NCBI RefSeq assembly: GCF_003324675.1
Contig: NZ_CP030918.1
Span: forward strand, 2,730,001-2,762,000
Length of the DNA stretch: 32,000 nt
Origin: Paracoccus suum
Lineage (GTDB): Bacteria > Pseudomonadota > Alphaproteobacteria > Rhodobacterales > Rhodobacteraceae
Direction of reading: 5' to 3'
The notes beneath the pieces were generated by a model that worked only from the letters and a program-made list of their open reading frames with translations, did no database searches and was not told the origin of the DNA. Made by a program: the position numbers and the translations under genes. Positions 1 to 8,910 of this stretch are shown piece by piece (within the stretch, counting starts at the first letter, position 1; each line of letters begins with the position of its first letter).

Positions 1-70
1 TCCGGTTCCGAGGCAGGAGGGGCCCTCAACTCTCATGCAAAGCGAGGGCCGCCGAGAACTCCGACAGTAC

Positions 71-556
71 TCAGGGACGAACCGCCGTCACCTCGATCTC
101 GACCAGCCAGTTCGGGTTGACGAGCGCGTCTACGATCATGGCCGAGCGGGCCGGCAGGTTCGGTTGTGCCTCAGTCCCGAAAAACTGGGTGTAGCCCTCC
201 ATGAAGCCCGCGAAATCGGCCGCCGCCCCTTCTGGCGCCACCAGGAAGACCTGCATCTTGACGACGTCGCCCATGGTCAGGTCCAAGTCCTTCAGCGCCG
301 CGTCGATGTTGTTCAGAACGCTGACGGTCTGGGCCTTGGTGTCGCCCCAGGCGGCGGCGGTTTTGGAATCGGCATTCTGATCGGCAACCGAAGGAACCAC
401 GCCGCTCAGATAGACCGTGGTTTTCCCCGCTGGCACTTCAACGGCGCGAGAAATGGGAAAATCGGATCCCGGCGTCTTGTGGCGAACAATGTCTTCCGCC
501 TGGGCGATCAGCGGCACGGCTCCGAGCAAAAGGGCGAGTGCGAGTGCGTTCTTCAT
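71..556 (-). CDS. RidA/YjgF-family imine deaminase with N-terminal Sec-type signal peptide (predicted periplasmic)
   Basis: 161-aa ORF. The N-terminus MKNALALALLLGAVPLIAQA/ED looks like a cleavable signal peptide. The body (TVYLSGVV, DLTMGDVVKMQVFL, PARSAMIVDALVNPNWLVEIEVTAV) matches the RidA/L-PSP pattern. A GAGGAA Shine-Dalgarno lies about 8 nt upstream of ATG 556. Confidence 0.8.
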   Translation of the reverse strand: MKNALALALLLGAVPLIAQAEDIVRHKTPGSDFPISRAVEVPAGKTTVYLSGVVPSVADQNADSKTAAAWGDTKAQTVSVLNNIDAALKDLDLTMGDVVKMQVFLVAPEGAAADFAGFMEGYTQFFGTEAQPNLPARSAMIVDALVNPNWLVEIEVTAVRP

Positions 557-615
557 GGTTCGATTTCCTCGTCATTTCCGGGGGTGGATCGGGCCCAAAG
601 GCCCGATCCGAAGCG

Positions 616-1011
616 TCAGCGTACTGCCGCGACGTCTTCCGCAGTTGTATCGCCTTCGAAGCTGTTTCCCAGATCGTGGCGGACGTAGTTCACGACATCA
701 GCGACCTGGGCGTCGTCCATGACGCCGCCCAGCGGCGGCATCGCCTTGTGACCATTCAAGACCCAGGCGATCACCGAATCTGCAGAGTCAACGAACTCGT
801 TGCCAGCCAATGCGGGATAGGCGCCGGCACCCGTGGCGCCTTGGCCGCCGGGCATGTGACAGGCGGAACAGACAGCGTTGTAGATCTCCTTGCCGCCGGT
901 CTGGGGGAGGGTCTGCGCGGTGCTAGTTTGGGCAAAATCCGCGGCGGACGCACCGATGGTCGAAGCGCCCAGAACTGCTGCGAAAACAGCCAGCGCAATA
1001 TTATGTTTCAT
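616..1011 (-). CDS. Monoheme class I c-type cytochrome, Sec signal peptide (periplasmic)
   Basis: 131-aa ORF with signal peptide MKHNIALAVFAAVLGASTIGASA/AD, a single heme motif CSACH and a distal Met candidate in HKAMPPLGG. A GAGGGAAAA SD precedes ATG 1011, which lies 21 nt downstream of the flavoprotein stop. Confidence 0.85.
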   Translation of the reverse strand: MKHNIALAVFAAVLGASTIGASAADFAQTSTAQTLPQTGGKEIYNAVCSACHMPGGQGATGAGAYPALAGNEFVDSADSVIAWVLNGHKAMPPLGGVMDDAQVADVVNYVRHDLGNSFEGDTTAEDVAAVR

Positions 1012-1032
1012 GGCTTTTCCCTCGATCCTGGT

Positions 1033-2625
1033 TCAGGCGCCGGTGACATGCGCGTGCAGACGCTCGATGGCATTCAGCGCGGACAAGATCGCGCCTTCCT
1101 GCCAAGCCGGCAGGTGCGAGATATGCTCGCCCGCCATCAGCGTCCGCTGGTCCATCTTGCAGGCGTTGGCATAGTTGCCTTCCATGTCACGCCATTCACC
1201 GTAGCAGCCCAGAGTCCACGGGACGCGATGCCAAGCCACGGCGACGCCGTTCGAGAATTCGTCGCGGTACTGCGGATGGATCTGCGAGCCGAATTCCAGC
1301 GCCTTCTCGATCCGTTCTTCGGCTGGAACGGCGTTGAACTGATACGAAGCTGCGCCCCAGGAATAGGCCCCCAACAGGACGCCCGGACCATCGCTGAAAA
1401 AGTCGGTCGACGGATAGGAAAGCAGCGTGATCGGCGTGTTGGTGTAGCTGATGCCGCCGTAGATGTGGTCGTCCTGTTCCCAGAAGCGGCGCTTGAATTC
1501 GAGGCCGACCTTGATCGAGCTCGCATAATACACGTCATCGATCGCCGCACTCATCTCGGCACCGAAATTGTTTTCGATCTGGCCAAGAACCGAGAAGGGG
1601 ATCGTGCAGATGCAGTAATCTGCGGATGCGGTTTTTTCTTCAGTCCCGCCGTTCGCATCGACCCATGTGGCGGTGACGCCGCTGTCGCTGCCCTCGATCT
1701 TGGTGACCTTGGCGTTGTAGGTGATGAGGTCCTTGACCTCTTTCTCGAATGCCTGCGCGATCATGTCCATGCCGCCCACGGGCTGGAAGATCGCCGCCTG
1801 GTGGTCGATGGATTCACCGGTGATGAGGTCCTTCCACAGCCGACCCTTGAGGATATCGGCCAGCGAGATGATGTCCGAGGGCTCGCCTGCACTTTGCGTG
1901 CCACCGCCCGGATCGACCTTCCAGCCGCGATAACCCGAGGTCGCGGCGGATTTCACGTATTCCAGCTTGTCGTCCAGAACGCCGTATTTCTTGAGCGATT
2001 CAACCAGCAGAGCGGCATCCTCGTCGGTCACCAACTCGTCCAGCTTTTTCTGGTCGACGGCCTTGGCCAGCAGCTCAGCGATCTGGCCGCGGTAATCGGC
2101 CTGGATTTCCTTGAAGCGCTGGGGCTTACCCTCGAACGCCTCGGTGTTGTGGACAAAGGCGTTGTAGTTGATCTGTATGAACGGCTGCAGCTTGACGCCA
2201 AAGCGTTTGCAATAGTCAAGAACGGCATAGTGGTCGGATGGGATGCGCCACGGACCGGGGTTCAGATAGTTGCCCTCGGCGAATTTCACTTCCTGCTTGA
2301 AGCCGCCGAGTTCGGTGTAGACATCGCCGCCGCGCAGCGTCCAGCAGCGACCGCCGGCTTTTTCGCGGTACTCCAGGATCTGGACCTTGTATCCCGCCTT
2401 GCGAAGTTCATAGGCCGCCGTCATGCCGGCCAGACCTGCGCCAAGAACCAGCACGCTGGTGCCCTTCGGATCCCCCTCAAGCTTGATCGGACCCGTGTAG
2501 TCGGACGTGCCGGCGTAACCCATGCCCGCCATCGCGGAATACATGACGGAGGCACCCGCCGTAATTCCGATCATGGCCAACAGGTCGCGCCGCGACATTC
2601 CAAGTGTGGTGTCTGTCACTGGCAT
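1033..2625 (-). CDS. Tat-exported FAD-dependent amine oxidase-family flavoprotein (bacterial L-amino-acid oxidase-like)
   Basis: 530-aa ORF with twin-arginine motif MSRRDLLAMIGITAGA and FAD dinucleotide fold VLVLGAGLAGMTAAYEL...EYREKAGGRCWT. The C-terminal flavin-amine-oxidase signature is MAGEHISHLPAWQEGAILSA. Overall pattern resembles Rhodococcus-type L-amino-acid oxidase from memory. Confidence 0.9.
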   Translation of the reverse strand: MPVTDTTLGMSRRDLLAMIGITAGASVMYSAMAGMGYAGTSDYTGPIKLEGDPKGTSVLVLGAGLAGMTAAYELRKAGYKVQILEYREKAGGRCWTLRGGDVYTELGGFKQEVKFAEGNYLNPGPWRIPSDHYAVLDYCKRFGVKLQPFIQINYNAFVHNTEAFEGKPQRFKEIQADYRGQIAELLAKAVDQKKLDELVTDEDAALLVESLKKYGVLDDKLEYVKSAATSGYRGWKVDPGGGTQSAGEPSDIISLADILKGRLWKDLITGESIDHQAAIFQPVGGMDMIAQAFEKEVKDLITYNAKVTKIEGSDSGVTATWVDANGGTEEKTASADYCICTIPFSVLGQIENNFGAEMSAAIDDVYYASSIKVGLEFKRRFWEQDDHIYGGISYTNTPITLLSYPSTDFFSDGPGVLLGAYSWGAASYQFNAVPAEERIEKALEFGSQIHPQYRDEFSNGVAVAWHRVPWTLGCYGEWRDMEGNYANACKMDQRTLMAGEHISHLPAWQEGAILSALNAIERLHAHVTGA

Positions 2626-2884
2626 TGCTCCTCGCTAGACTAAGGTCGTAGACAAAATGTCGCACCTAGCAACGGATCGGTATCTCTCGGCAAAGGGGGG
2701 GTCAACCGGCAGAGGACTGAATTTAAAGCCGCAAGGTTGGCGCTCAGTGGAACGGCGATGCGCTCAGCGCGCCGCGACCGAGCGGACGGCGGCCGTCGTC
2801 CGCTCACGGTGGATGGTCGACGTCTCAATCTCCGTCGCTCTCCCCGCCTTTCGACCGGATCGCAGCCCTCTGCCTGCTTCAGCG

Positions 2885-3121
2885 CTCAAGACCATCCTGC
2901 ACGGTCCACATACGGTTCGGTCGGTGGAGGCCTGGGCTGATCTGCGCGCTGCCCGTGCGGTGCGCGAGGTGCCGCGGCCCGAGCAACTGGGCATGGCGCT
3001 GGACGATCTGCTGCAGCCCGACCGCGCCGCCGATTATGCCGCGCGGGCCTGGGCGGTCAGCACCGCCGGGGCCGCCGTCGCGCAACGCATCGCGGCCGCT
3101 GTGCTGGCGGTCATCAACTGA
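2885..3121 (+). pseudogene. Possible 3' remnant of a Kdo transferase (waaA/kdtA-like) gene
   Basis: Only the C-terminal ~80 aa of the 154-aa ORF 2657-3121 look protein-like (ILHGPHT...LDDLLQPDRAADYAARAW...AAVAQRIAAAVLAVI). They resemble the C-terminal end of WaaA (GPHT..F...LL.D...R...) from memory. Upstream there is no room for the ~350 missing residues before the divergent gene at 2625. Confidence 0.35.
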
Positions 3122-3160
3122 CCGGTGGCCGGACCCCTGCGAGGGGATCCGGCCCCCTCC

Positions 3161-4627
3161 TCAGATCGACAGGCAGACGTATTTCAGCTCGAGGAAGTCG
3201 TCGATGCCGTAATGGCTGCCCTCGCGGCCGAGGCCGGACTGCTTGACGCCGCCGAACGGTGCCACCTCGGTCGAGATGACGCCCGTGTTCACGCCGACGA
3301 TGCCGTATTCCAGACCTTCCTGCACGCGGATGATGCGGGCCATGTCGCGGGCGTAAAAATACGACGCGAGCCCGAAGATCGTATCATTGGCCTTGGCCAC
3401 CACCTCTTCCTCGGTCTCGAACCGGAACAGCGGCGCCAGCGGGCCGAAGGTCTCTTCGGTCGCGACCTTCATGCTGTCCTTGACCCCGGTCACGACCGTC
3501 GGCTGGAAGAAGAGGCCGTCGACCCGCTTGCCGCCGGTGACGATCTTGCCGCCGCCGTCCAGCACGTCCTGGATATGCTCCTCGACCTTGTCGACCGCAT
3601 CCTTGTTGATCAGCGGGCCGGTGGTCACCCCGTCCTCGAGGCCGTCGCCGACCCGCAGCTTGTCGACCGCAGCGGCGAGGCGCCCCGCGAAGTCGTCATA
3701 GACGCCCGACTGCACATAGATGCGGTTGGCGCAGACGCAGGTCTGGCCGTTGTTGCGGAACTTGGAGGCCATCGCGCCCTCCACCGCCTTGTCGAGGTCG
3801 GCGTCGTCAAAGACGATGAAGGGCGCGTTGCCGCCCAGTTCCATGCTGCATTTGAGGACCTGGTCGGCGGCCTGGCGCAGCAGGATGCGCCCGACCTCGG
3901 TCGAGCCGGTGAAGGTCAGCTTGCGTACCTGCGGGTTCTCGCAGAACTCCTTGCCGATCTCGGACGAGCGGCTGGAGGTGACGACCGACAGGATGCCCTT
4001 GGGCAGGCCCGCCCGCTCGCCCAGCACCGCCAGTGCCAGCGCCGACAGCGGGGTCTCCGCCGCCGGGCGCGCGACAAAGCCGCAGCCGACGGCCAGGGCC
4101 GGGCCGCATTTGCGGGTGATCATGGCGTTCGGAAAGTTCCACGGCGTGATGCTGGCGACCACACCGATCGGCTGCTTCAGCACGGTGATGCGCTTGTCGG
4201 GCTGGTGGCCGGGGATCGTCTCGCCATAGACCCGCTTGGCTTCCTCGCCGAAGAACTCGATGAAGCTGGCGCCATAGGCGATCTCGCCCTTGGCCTCGGA
4301 CAGCGGCTTGCCCTGTTCGGCGGTCAGGATCTTGCCCAGGTCGTCCTGGTTTTCCATCATCAGGTCGAACCACTTGCGCAGCACCTGCGCGCGCTCTTTC
4401 GCGGTCCGGGCCGCCCAGGCCTTCATCGCCTCGGCGGCCGCCGCGATGGCGCGCGCGGCATCGGCGCGGGTCATGTCGGCAACCTCGGCAATGACATCGC
4501 CGCGGGCCGGGTTCATCACCGGAAACGTGCTCGCCCCCTCAACCCACTCACCGGCGATATAGGCCCGCGTCTGCAGCAGCGACGGGTCGCGCAAAAGGGT
4601 CCGCAGATCAGTCGAATGCTTGGTCAT
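3161..4627 (-). CDS. gabD: Succinate-semialdehyde dehydrogenase (NAD(P)+), GabD-like
   Basis: ALDH superfamily with strong GabD-like pattern: YIAGEWV, VMNPA, ITPWNFPNAMITRK, catalytic Glu in MELGGNAP, catalytic Cys in NNGQTCVCANR, C-terminal GGVKQSGLGREG. ATG 4627 (MTKHSTD...) gives the typical ~488 aa. An alternative GTG at 4678 would form a GTGA overlap with the upstream ALDH stop. Confidence 0.9.
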   Translation of the reverse strand: MTKHSTDLRTLLRDPSLLQTRAYIAGEWVEGASTFPVMNPARGDVIAEVADMTRADAARAIAAAAEAMKAWAARTAKERAQVLRKWFDLMMENQDDLGKILTAEQGKPLSEAKGEIAYGASFIEFFGEEAKRVYGETIPGHQPDKRITVLKQPIGVVASITPWNFPNAMITRKCGPALAVGCGFVARPAAETPLSALALAVLGERAGLPKGILSVVTSSRSSEIGKEFCENPQVRKLTFTGSTEVGRILLRQAADQVLKCSMELGGNAPFIVFDDADLDKAVEGAMASKFRNNGQTCVCANRIYVQSGVYDDFAGRLAAAVDKLRVGDGLEDGVTTGPLINKDAVDKVEEHIQDVLDGGGKIVTGGKRVDGLFFQPTVVTGVKDSMKVATEETFGPLAPLFRFETEEEVVAKANDTIFGLASYFYARDMARIIRVQEGLEYGIVGVNTGVISTEVAPFGGVKQSGLGREGSHYGIDDFLELKYVCLSI

Positions 4628-4674
4628 GGAAAAGGGGTCCTTTGCAACAGAACGGTTGGACGTAGGGATCGGGC

Positions 4675-6132
4675 TCACCCGCTGGCGATCGAAATGGCCT
4701 TGATCTCGGTGTAACTCAGAAGCTCTTCGATCCCTTCTTCGCGCCCTACCCCACTGTTCTTCATCCCTCCGTAGGGGACGCCGACATAGTGCGGGCCGAC
4801 GCAGTTGATCCAGACATACCCGACCCTCAGCCGCCGGCCGAGGCCCAGCGCGGCACCGACGTCGCGGCCCACGATGCTGGCCGTCAGCCCGAGCGAGGAT
4901 GCATCGTCAATGGCGATGAGTTCGCCCTCGTCGCGCCAGCGGAGCACACTCAGAACAGGTCCGAAGAACTCGTCTCGCGCCAGGGCGTTGTTGGCCGTCA
5001 CGCCGCCAAAGAGGGTCGGCTCGACCCAAAATCCCTTGGCGAACATCGCACCGGCGGGGCGGCCCCCGCCCTCCAGGATTTCCGCGCCTGAGGCCCGTCC
5101 GCGCGCGATGGCGGCCGTGATCTTGGCGTGGTGGGCCTCGGAAATGAGGGGCCCCATTCCGGTCGAGGGATCGAAGGGATCGCCGGGACGGATCGCGCGC
5201 ATGCGGGCCCGTACCCGGGCCAGGACGGCATCATGAATGTCCTCATGCAGCGCCAGGATCGAGGTCGAACCACAGGACTGACCTTGCCACTGAAAGTTCA
5301 TTCCCTCGATCGCGAGGCTGGCCGCCTTTTCCACATCCGCATCAGGCAGCACGATCATCATGTTTTTGCCGCCAAGCTCGTGGGTGATATGCTTGACGCC
5401 GACCTCCGCCGCAGAGCGCTGGATGCGTTGGGCGGTTTCAACCGAGCCGATGAACCCGATGCGTTTGATGCGCGGCTCGCGGACGATGGCGTCGCCGCAG
5501 CGCGCGCCGGTGCCGCTGAGAACGGACGCGACCCCCGCTGGCAGGTGCTCGGCGGCAAGCTCCGCCAGAATTCCCCCCGACAGCGGCGCCTGATCAGGGG
5601 TTTTGACGATAACGCAGTTTCCGGTGATCAGCGGTGCCCCCATTCTGGAAAGGGCGAAATAGAATGGATGGTTGAAGGCGACGATGCGGGCTACGACGCC
5701 GAACGGCTCGCGCAGCGAGAGGTGGACGTGGGTGGGCGTCGCAGGATAGGTCGCCCCCATGACGGCATGGCCGAGGCCGGCATAAAATTCCAGCCGGTCG
5801 GCCGCACGCAGGACGTCACTCAACATCGGCGCGAGTAGGTTGCCGGTATCCTGAACCTCGACGCGCGCGATTTCATCTGCACGGCCCCGAACCGCCGCGG
5901 CAAGTTTGCGCATGGCCGCGGCGCGCGCATCCACCGAAAGGCCGGCCCATGCGGGCCAGGCGGCGTGTGCCGCGTCCACCGCACGGCGGATATCCTCGGG
6001 GCCCGCGTCGGGCGCCACGCCCAAGGGACGGCCAGTCGCCGGGTTCACGGTAGGAAGTTCTGCCCCGTCGGCGGCGTCGCAGAGAACGCCGCCAATCAGC
6101 ATTTTCGCGCGGATCATCGAAGACCCGCTCAT
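4675..6132 (-). CDS. Aldehyde dehydrogenase family protein (substrate unknown)
   Basis: 485-aa ORF with TVNPATG, FNHPFYF, catalytic Glu in HELGGKN, catalytic Cys in QGQSCGSTS and GGMKNSGVGREEG. ATGA overlap with the upstream SBP gene at 6129-6132. Confidence 0.9.
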   Translation of the reverse strand: MSGSSMIRAKMLIGGVLCDAADGAELPTVNPATGRPLGVAPDAGPEDIRRAVDAAHAAWPAWAGLSVDARAAAMRKLAAAVRGRADEIARVEVQDTGNLLAPMLSDVLRAADRLEFYAGLGHAVMGATYPATPTHVHLSLREPFGVVARIVAFNHPFYFALSRMGAPLITGNCVIVKTPDQAPLSGGILAELAAEHLPAGVASVLSGTGARCGDAIVREPRIKRIGFIGSVETAQRIQRSAAEVGVKHITHELGGKNMMIVLPDADVEKAASLAIEGMNFQWQGQSCGSTSILALHEDIHDAVLARVRARMRAIRPGDPFDPSTGMGPLISEAHHAKITAAIARGRASGAEILEGGGRPAGAMFAKGFWVEPTLFGGVTANNALARDEFFGPVLSVLRWRDEGELIAIDDASSLGLTASIVGRDVGAALGLGRRLRVGYVWINCVGPHYVGVPYGGMKNSGVGREEGIEELLSYTEIKAISIASG

Positions 6133-7106
6133 TTGCCTACCATAGCGCCGGACGCGGCGAGGGCGGCCGTGTCCGTCATCCCCGCCGGATCGTAGGCTGC
6201 GTCAATGCTTCCGAGCTTCGCGAGCAGATCGCGTTGCCAGATCAGCTTGGCCGGGTCGATCTTGAAATCGCGCGACACGATGCCGAGGGTGACGATCTCG
6301 TCGAAAACTGCCTCCGGTTCGGGGCTTTCCGCCTTCAGATGGGCGATCTTGCGCGTCAGTGCGGTCGTCTCGTCGCGATTGGCCAAGGCGTGGGTGTAGG
6401 CATCACGCTCGGCTGCAAGGAAGGCGGCGGCATCCTCGGGTCGTTCGGCGAGCGTTTTCCCGGTGACGTAGAGGCAACGCCGCATTGCGTCGGGCAGTGC
6501 ATCAACGGCGTTCGCCACTGCATGCGCGCCTACTTCCTTGGCCTTGGCTGAAAACTCACTCGACGCTGGCGCGGCGTCGATGGCACCTGCGGCAAGCGCC
6601 TGGATGCGCTCTGAATCCGAGCCCGCTGTGACGACCGTAACGTCAGCCTCTGTCAGCCCCTCCTTGTCCAGCAGAGCCCGCGCGAACAGGTCTGGCTGCG
6701 AGCCCGGCGCCGAGACCCCGATCTTCTTACCCTTCAGATCGGCGACAGTTTGGATGCCTTCACGGCCCCACATCACGTAGGACAACTTGGGCCAATGGCA
6801 CCCGATGATCTTGATGTCAGCGCCTTTCGAGGCGGCGATCATCGGGCTGCCAATGGCTCCTTCGTAGCTGTCCAATTCACCCGCGATCAACGCCTTGATA
6901 AGAAGGGTGTCGCCCTTCAGCGTCACCATCTCAATGTCGAGGCCGTGCTTGCGGTCAAAGTCCTTTTCTGCCGCCATGAACAGGAAGCCCGCGTCGCCCT
7001 TGGCCTGCACGGTTCCGTGGCGCCATGGCTTCGCGTCCCGGGCGCAGACGGGCGCCGCAACCACGAGCAGTGAAACCGCCGATACTAAGCCAATCCATTT
7101 TTTCAT
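6129..7106 (-). CDS. ABC transporter periplasmic substrate-binding protein, NMT1/THI5-like (NitT/TauT family), paralog 1
   Basis: Start ATG 7106 (MKKWIGLVSAVSLLVVAAPVCA signal peptide) is preceded by a GGGGGGGAAAGA SD. About half the positions match the second SBP at 10582-11547 by eye (WRHGTV.AKGDAG, LDSYEG, PMIAASKG, GCHW, VSAPG). Confidence 0.8.
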   Translation of the reverse strand: MKKWIGLVSAVSLLVVAAPVCARDAKPWRHGTVQAKGDAGFLFMAAEKDFDRKHGLDIEMVTLKGDTLLIKALIAGELDSYEGAIGSPMIAASKGADIKIIGCHWPKLSYVMWGREGIQTVADLKGKKIGVSAPGSQPDLFARALLDKEGLTEADVTVVTAGSDSERIQALAAGAIDAAPASSEFSAKAKEVGAHAVANAVDALPDAMRRCLYVTGKTLAERPEDAAAFLAAERDAYTHALANRDETTALTRKIAHLKAESPEPEAVFDEIVTLGIVSRDFKIDPAKLIWQRDLLAKLGSIDAAYDPAGMTDTAALAASGAMVGK

Positions 7107-7149
7107 TCTTTCCCCCCCAAAGCGTGACACTTGTCGCATCCGCGCGCCG

Positions 7150-8910
7150 TCATTCGACTGCGGTCATTACCTCGACCACCGCGACTTTCCCTGCCCTCGC
7201 CGCGGCCGCGCCCTCGGCAAGAGCGACTGCCAACTCGGCTGGATTGGTGGCGGGCCCAAAGCCCGAAGCGCCCATGCTGCGCGCCATGGCGAGCAGGTCG
7301 ATCGGTGGATCCTCCATTCGTTGACCGACATGCGCATTGCCGACAGGGCGACCACGATGCTGGGCGACCTCGATCTGATGCAGCTCGTCATTTCCCCAGC
7401 TGCGGTTGTTCGCGATGACGATCAACATTGGCGCACCCGTATGGGCAGCGCTCCAAAGCGCGCCGCCTCCCATGACGAAATCGCCGTCGCCGAGGATCCC
7501 GATGACCAGTTTGCCGCTGTCCTTCAGCGCCAACGCCGCGCCCGCGACTGCGCCAGGGCCGTAGCCGACGCCGCCTCCCCCATCGCCGCCGAGGTAATAG
7601 CCCGAACCGGGAAAGTCCCAGATTCCCGCTTGCCAACTGCGGTGATTGCGCACCGCCAGCAACCAATCGTCACCGCGCACCTCGGCGAAGAGCGCCTCGG
7701 TCAGCTTCGCCAGGCTGACAGTTTCATTGTTGCCCGCCTCGCGTCGGTGCCGGCGGCGTGCTGCAACCTCAGCCTTACGGGCCTTCAGCGTCTCGATGCG
7801 GGCCTGGGAATTCACCCGCCGCCCTTCGGTCATCGCCGCCTCGACCGCCGCCAGCAAGGGACCCAGACTCGCGAGGGCGTCGGCATCGACCCGCAGGTCG
7901 GCGGGCGGCGTCGGTCCACCGAAACGGGCCCAGCTGCCGCCGAACTGATCGTTGCGTGAAATGTCGATGATGTAGGGGGCGGCCCTTCCCACTGCGCCGC
8001 TGCCGGAAAGGATCGCGCTGCGATTGCTGCCATAGCCCAGTGTGGCCGCCGTAAGGTCCTGGCAGTCCAGCGCGAGGATGACGTCAGCTTCACCCCGGAT
8101 GGCGCCATCCCCCTCCATGTTCTGCGGATGGGCCGTTGGCATGCAGACGATGTTCCGATCGTCCAGATAGGCCGCCCCCGTGAGTTCGACGAGCGGGGCG
8201 AGCGCGGCCGTCGTCGCAGGATCGGTGCCAAACCGCCCACCGATGATCAGCGGCAAACGCGCCGCGGCCAACACCTCCGCGATCCGGGTCAGTGTGGCGG
8301 GATCGGGAACAGAAGGCGCCGGGGCGGCAAAGCGAGGCAGAGAAGGATCGGGCAGCACAACGTCGGCATCGGCAGGGCTTTCCTGCAGCCCCGCGTCGAG
8401 AGAAACGTAGACTGGTCCGCGGGGCGCCGTGACGGAACGCCTTCGCGCCTCCAGCATCGCGTCGAGGCAGGCCTGCAGTGTTGCGGGCTCCTCCGCCCAT
8501 TTGACGAAGGGCCGAACGATGTCCGGTTGCGTCGATGCGCAGTGCGCCCAATCAATGAACCGGCGTTCTGCCGGATCTGCCGGACCGCTGCCACCGAGGA
8601 TAAGCAGCGGCACCTGATCGCAGAAGGCATTAAAAACGCCCATCGATCCGTTCAGCAACCCGACCAGGTTGTGCAAAATCGCCACCCCCGGCTCGCCGGA
8701 AGCCTTTGCGTAACCATGCGCCATGGAGACCGCGATCATCTCGTGGGTGGTCAGCACCAGCTTGGGATCGCGGTCATCGAGGCAGTTCACGATGGAATCG
8801 TGCAGTCCGCGAAAGCTGGACCCGGGATTGATGAAAGCATGACGGACGCCCATGGACCGCAGCAGCTCGGCCATCAGGTCCGAGCCGTAGACGACATCTG
8901 TCCCGGTCAT
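7150..8910 (-). CDS. Thiamine-pyrophosphate-dependent enzyme (benzoylformate decarboxylase / acetolactate synthase-like 2-keto-acid decarboxylase family)
   Basis: N-terminal TPP-pyrimidine domain (GVRHAFINPGSS...HEMIAVSMAHGYAKASGEPGV...LLNGSMGVFNAFCDQVPLLILGG). C-terminal TPP/Mg motif GDGDFVMGGGALWSAAHTGAPMLIVIANNRSWGN. Start ATG 8910 forms an ATGA overlap with the permease stop. Confidence 0.85.
   Translation of the reverse strand: MTGTDVVYGSDLMAELLRSMGVRHAFINPGSSFRGLHDSIVNCLDDRDPKLVLTTHEMIAVSMAHGYAKASGEPGVAILHNLVGLLNGSMGVFNAFCDQVPLLILGGSGPADPAERRFIDWAHCASTQPDIVRPFVKWAEEPATLQACLDAMLEARRRSVTAPRGPVYVSLDAGLQESPADADVVLPDPSLPRFAAPAPSVPDPATLTRIAEVLAAARLPLIIGGRFGTDPATTAALAPLVELTGAAYLDDRNIVCMPTAHPQNMEGDGAIRGEADVILALDCQDLTAATLGYGSNRSAILSGSGAVGRAAPYIIDISRNDQFGGSWARFGGPTPPADLRVDADALASLGPLLAAVEAAMTEGRRVNSQARIETLKARKAEVAARRRHRREAGNNETVSLAKLTEALFAEVRGDDWLLAVRNHRSWQAGIWDFPGSGYYLGGDGGGGVGYGPGAVAGAALALKDSGKLVIGILGDGDFVMGGGALWSAAHTGAPMLIVIANNRSWGNDELHQIEVAQHRGRPVGNAHVGQRMEDPPIDLLAMARSMGASGFGPATNPAELAVALAEGAAAARAGKVAVVEVMTAVE

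Noticed and set aside
538-2643. 701-aa ORF on the + strand
   Set aside because: It is antisense to the clearly motif-bearing flavoprotein and cytochrome c genes. Its Arg/Gly/Ala/Val-rich composition has no recognisable motifs, as expected for spurious long ORFs on the opposite strand of high-GC genes.
2657-2884. N-terminal half of the 154-aa ORF as part of a genuine small gene
   Set aside because: Its Arg/Ser/Gly-rich composition is not protein-like and it has no SD. Only the C-terminal part shows family resemblance, so it is treated as a pseudogene remnant.
3125-4714. 529-aa ORF on the + strand
   Set aside because: It is the mirror ORF of the GabD-like gene, with Arg/Ala/Asp/Leu-rich low-complexity composition. 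The minus-strand frame carries all ALDH catalytic motifs.
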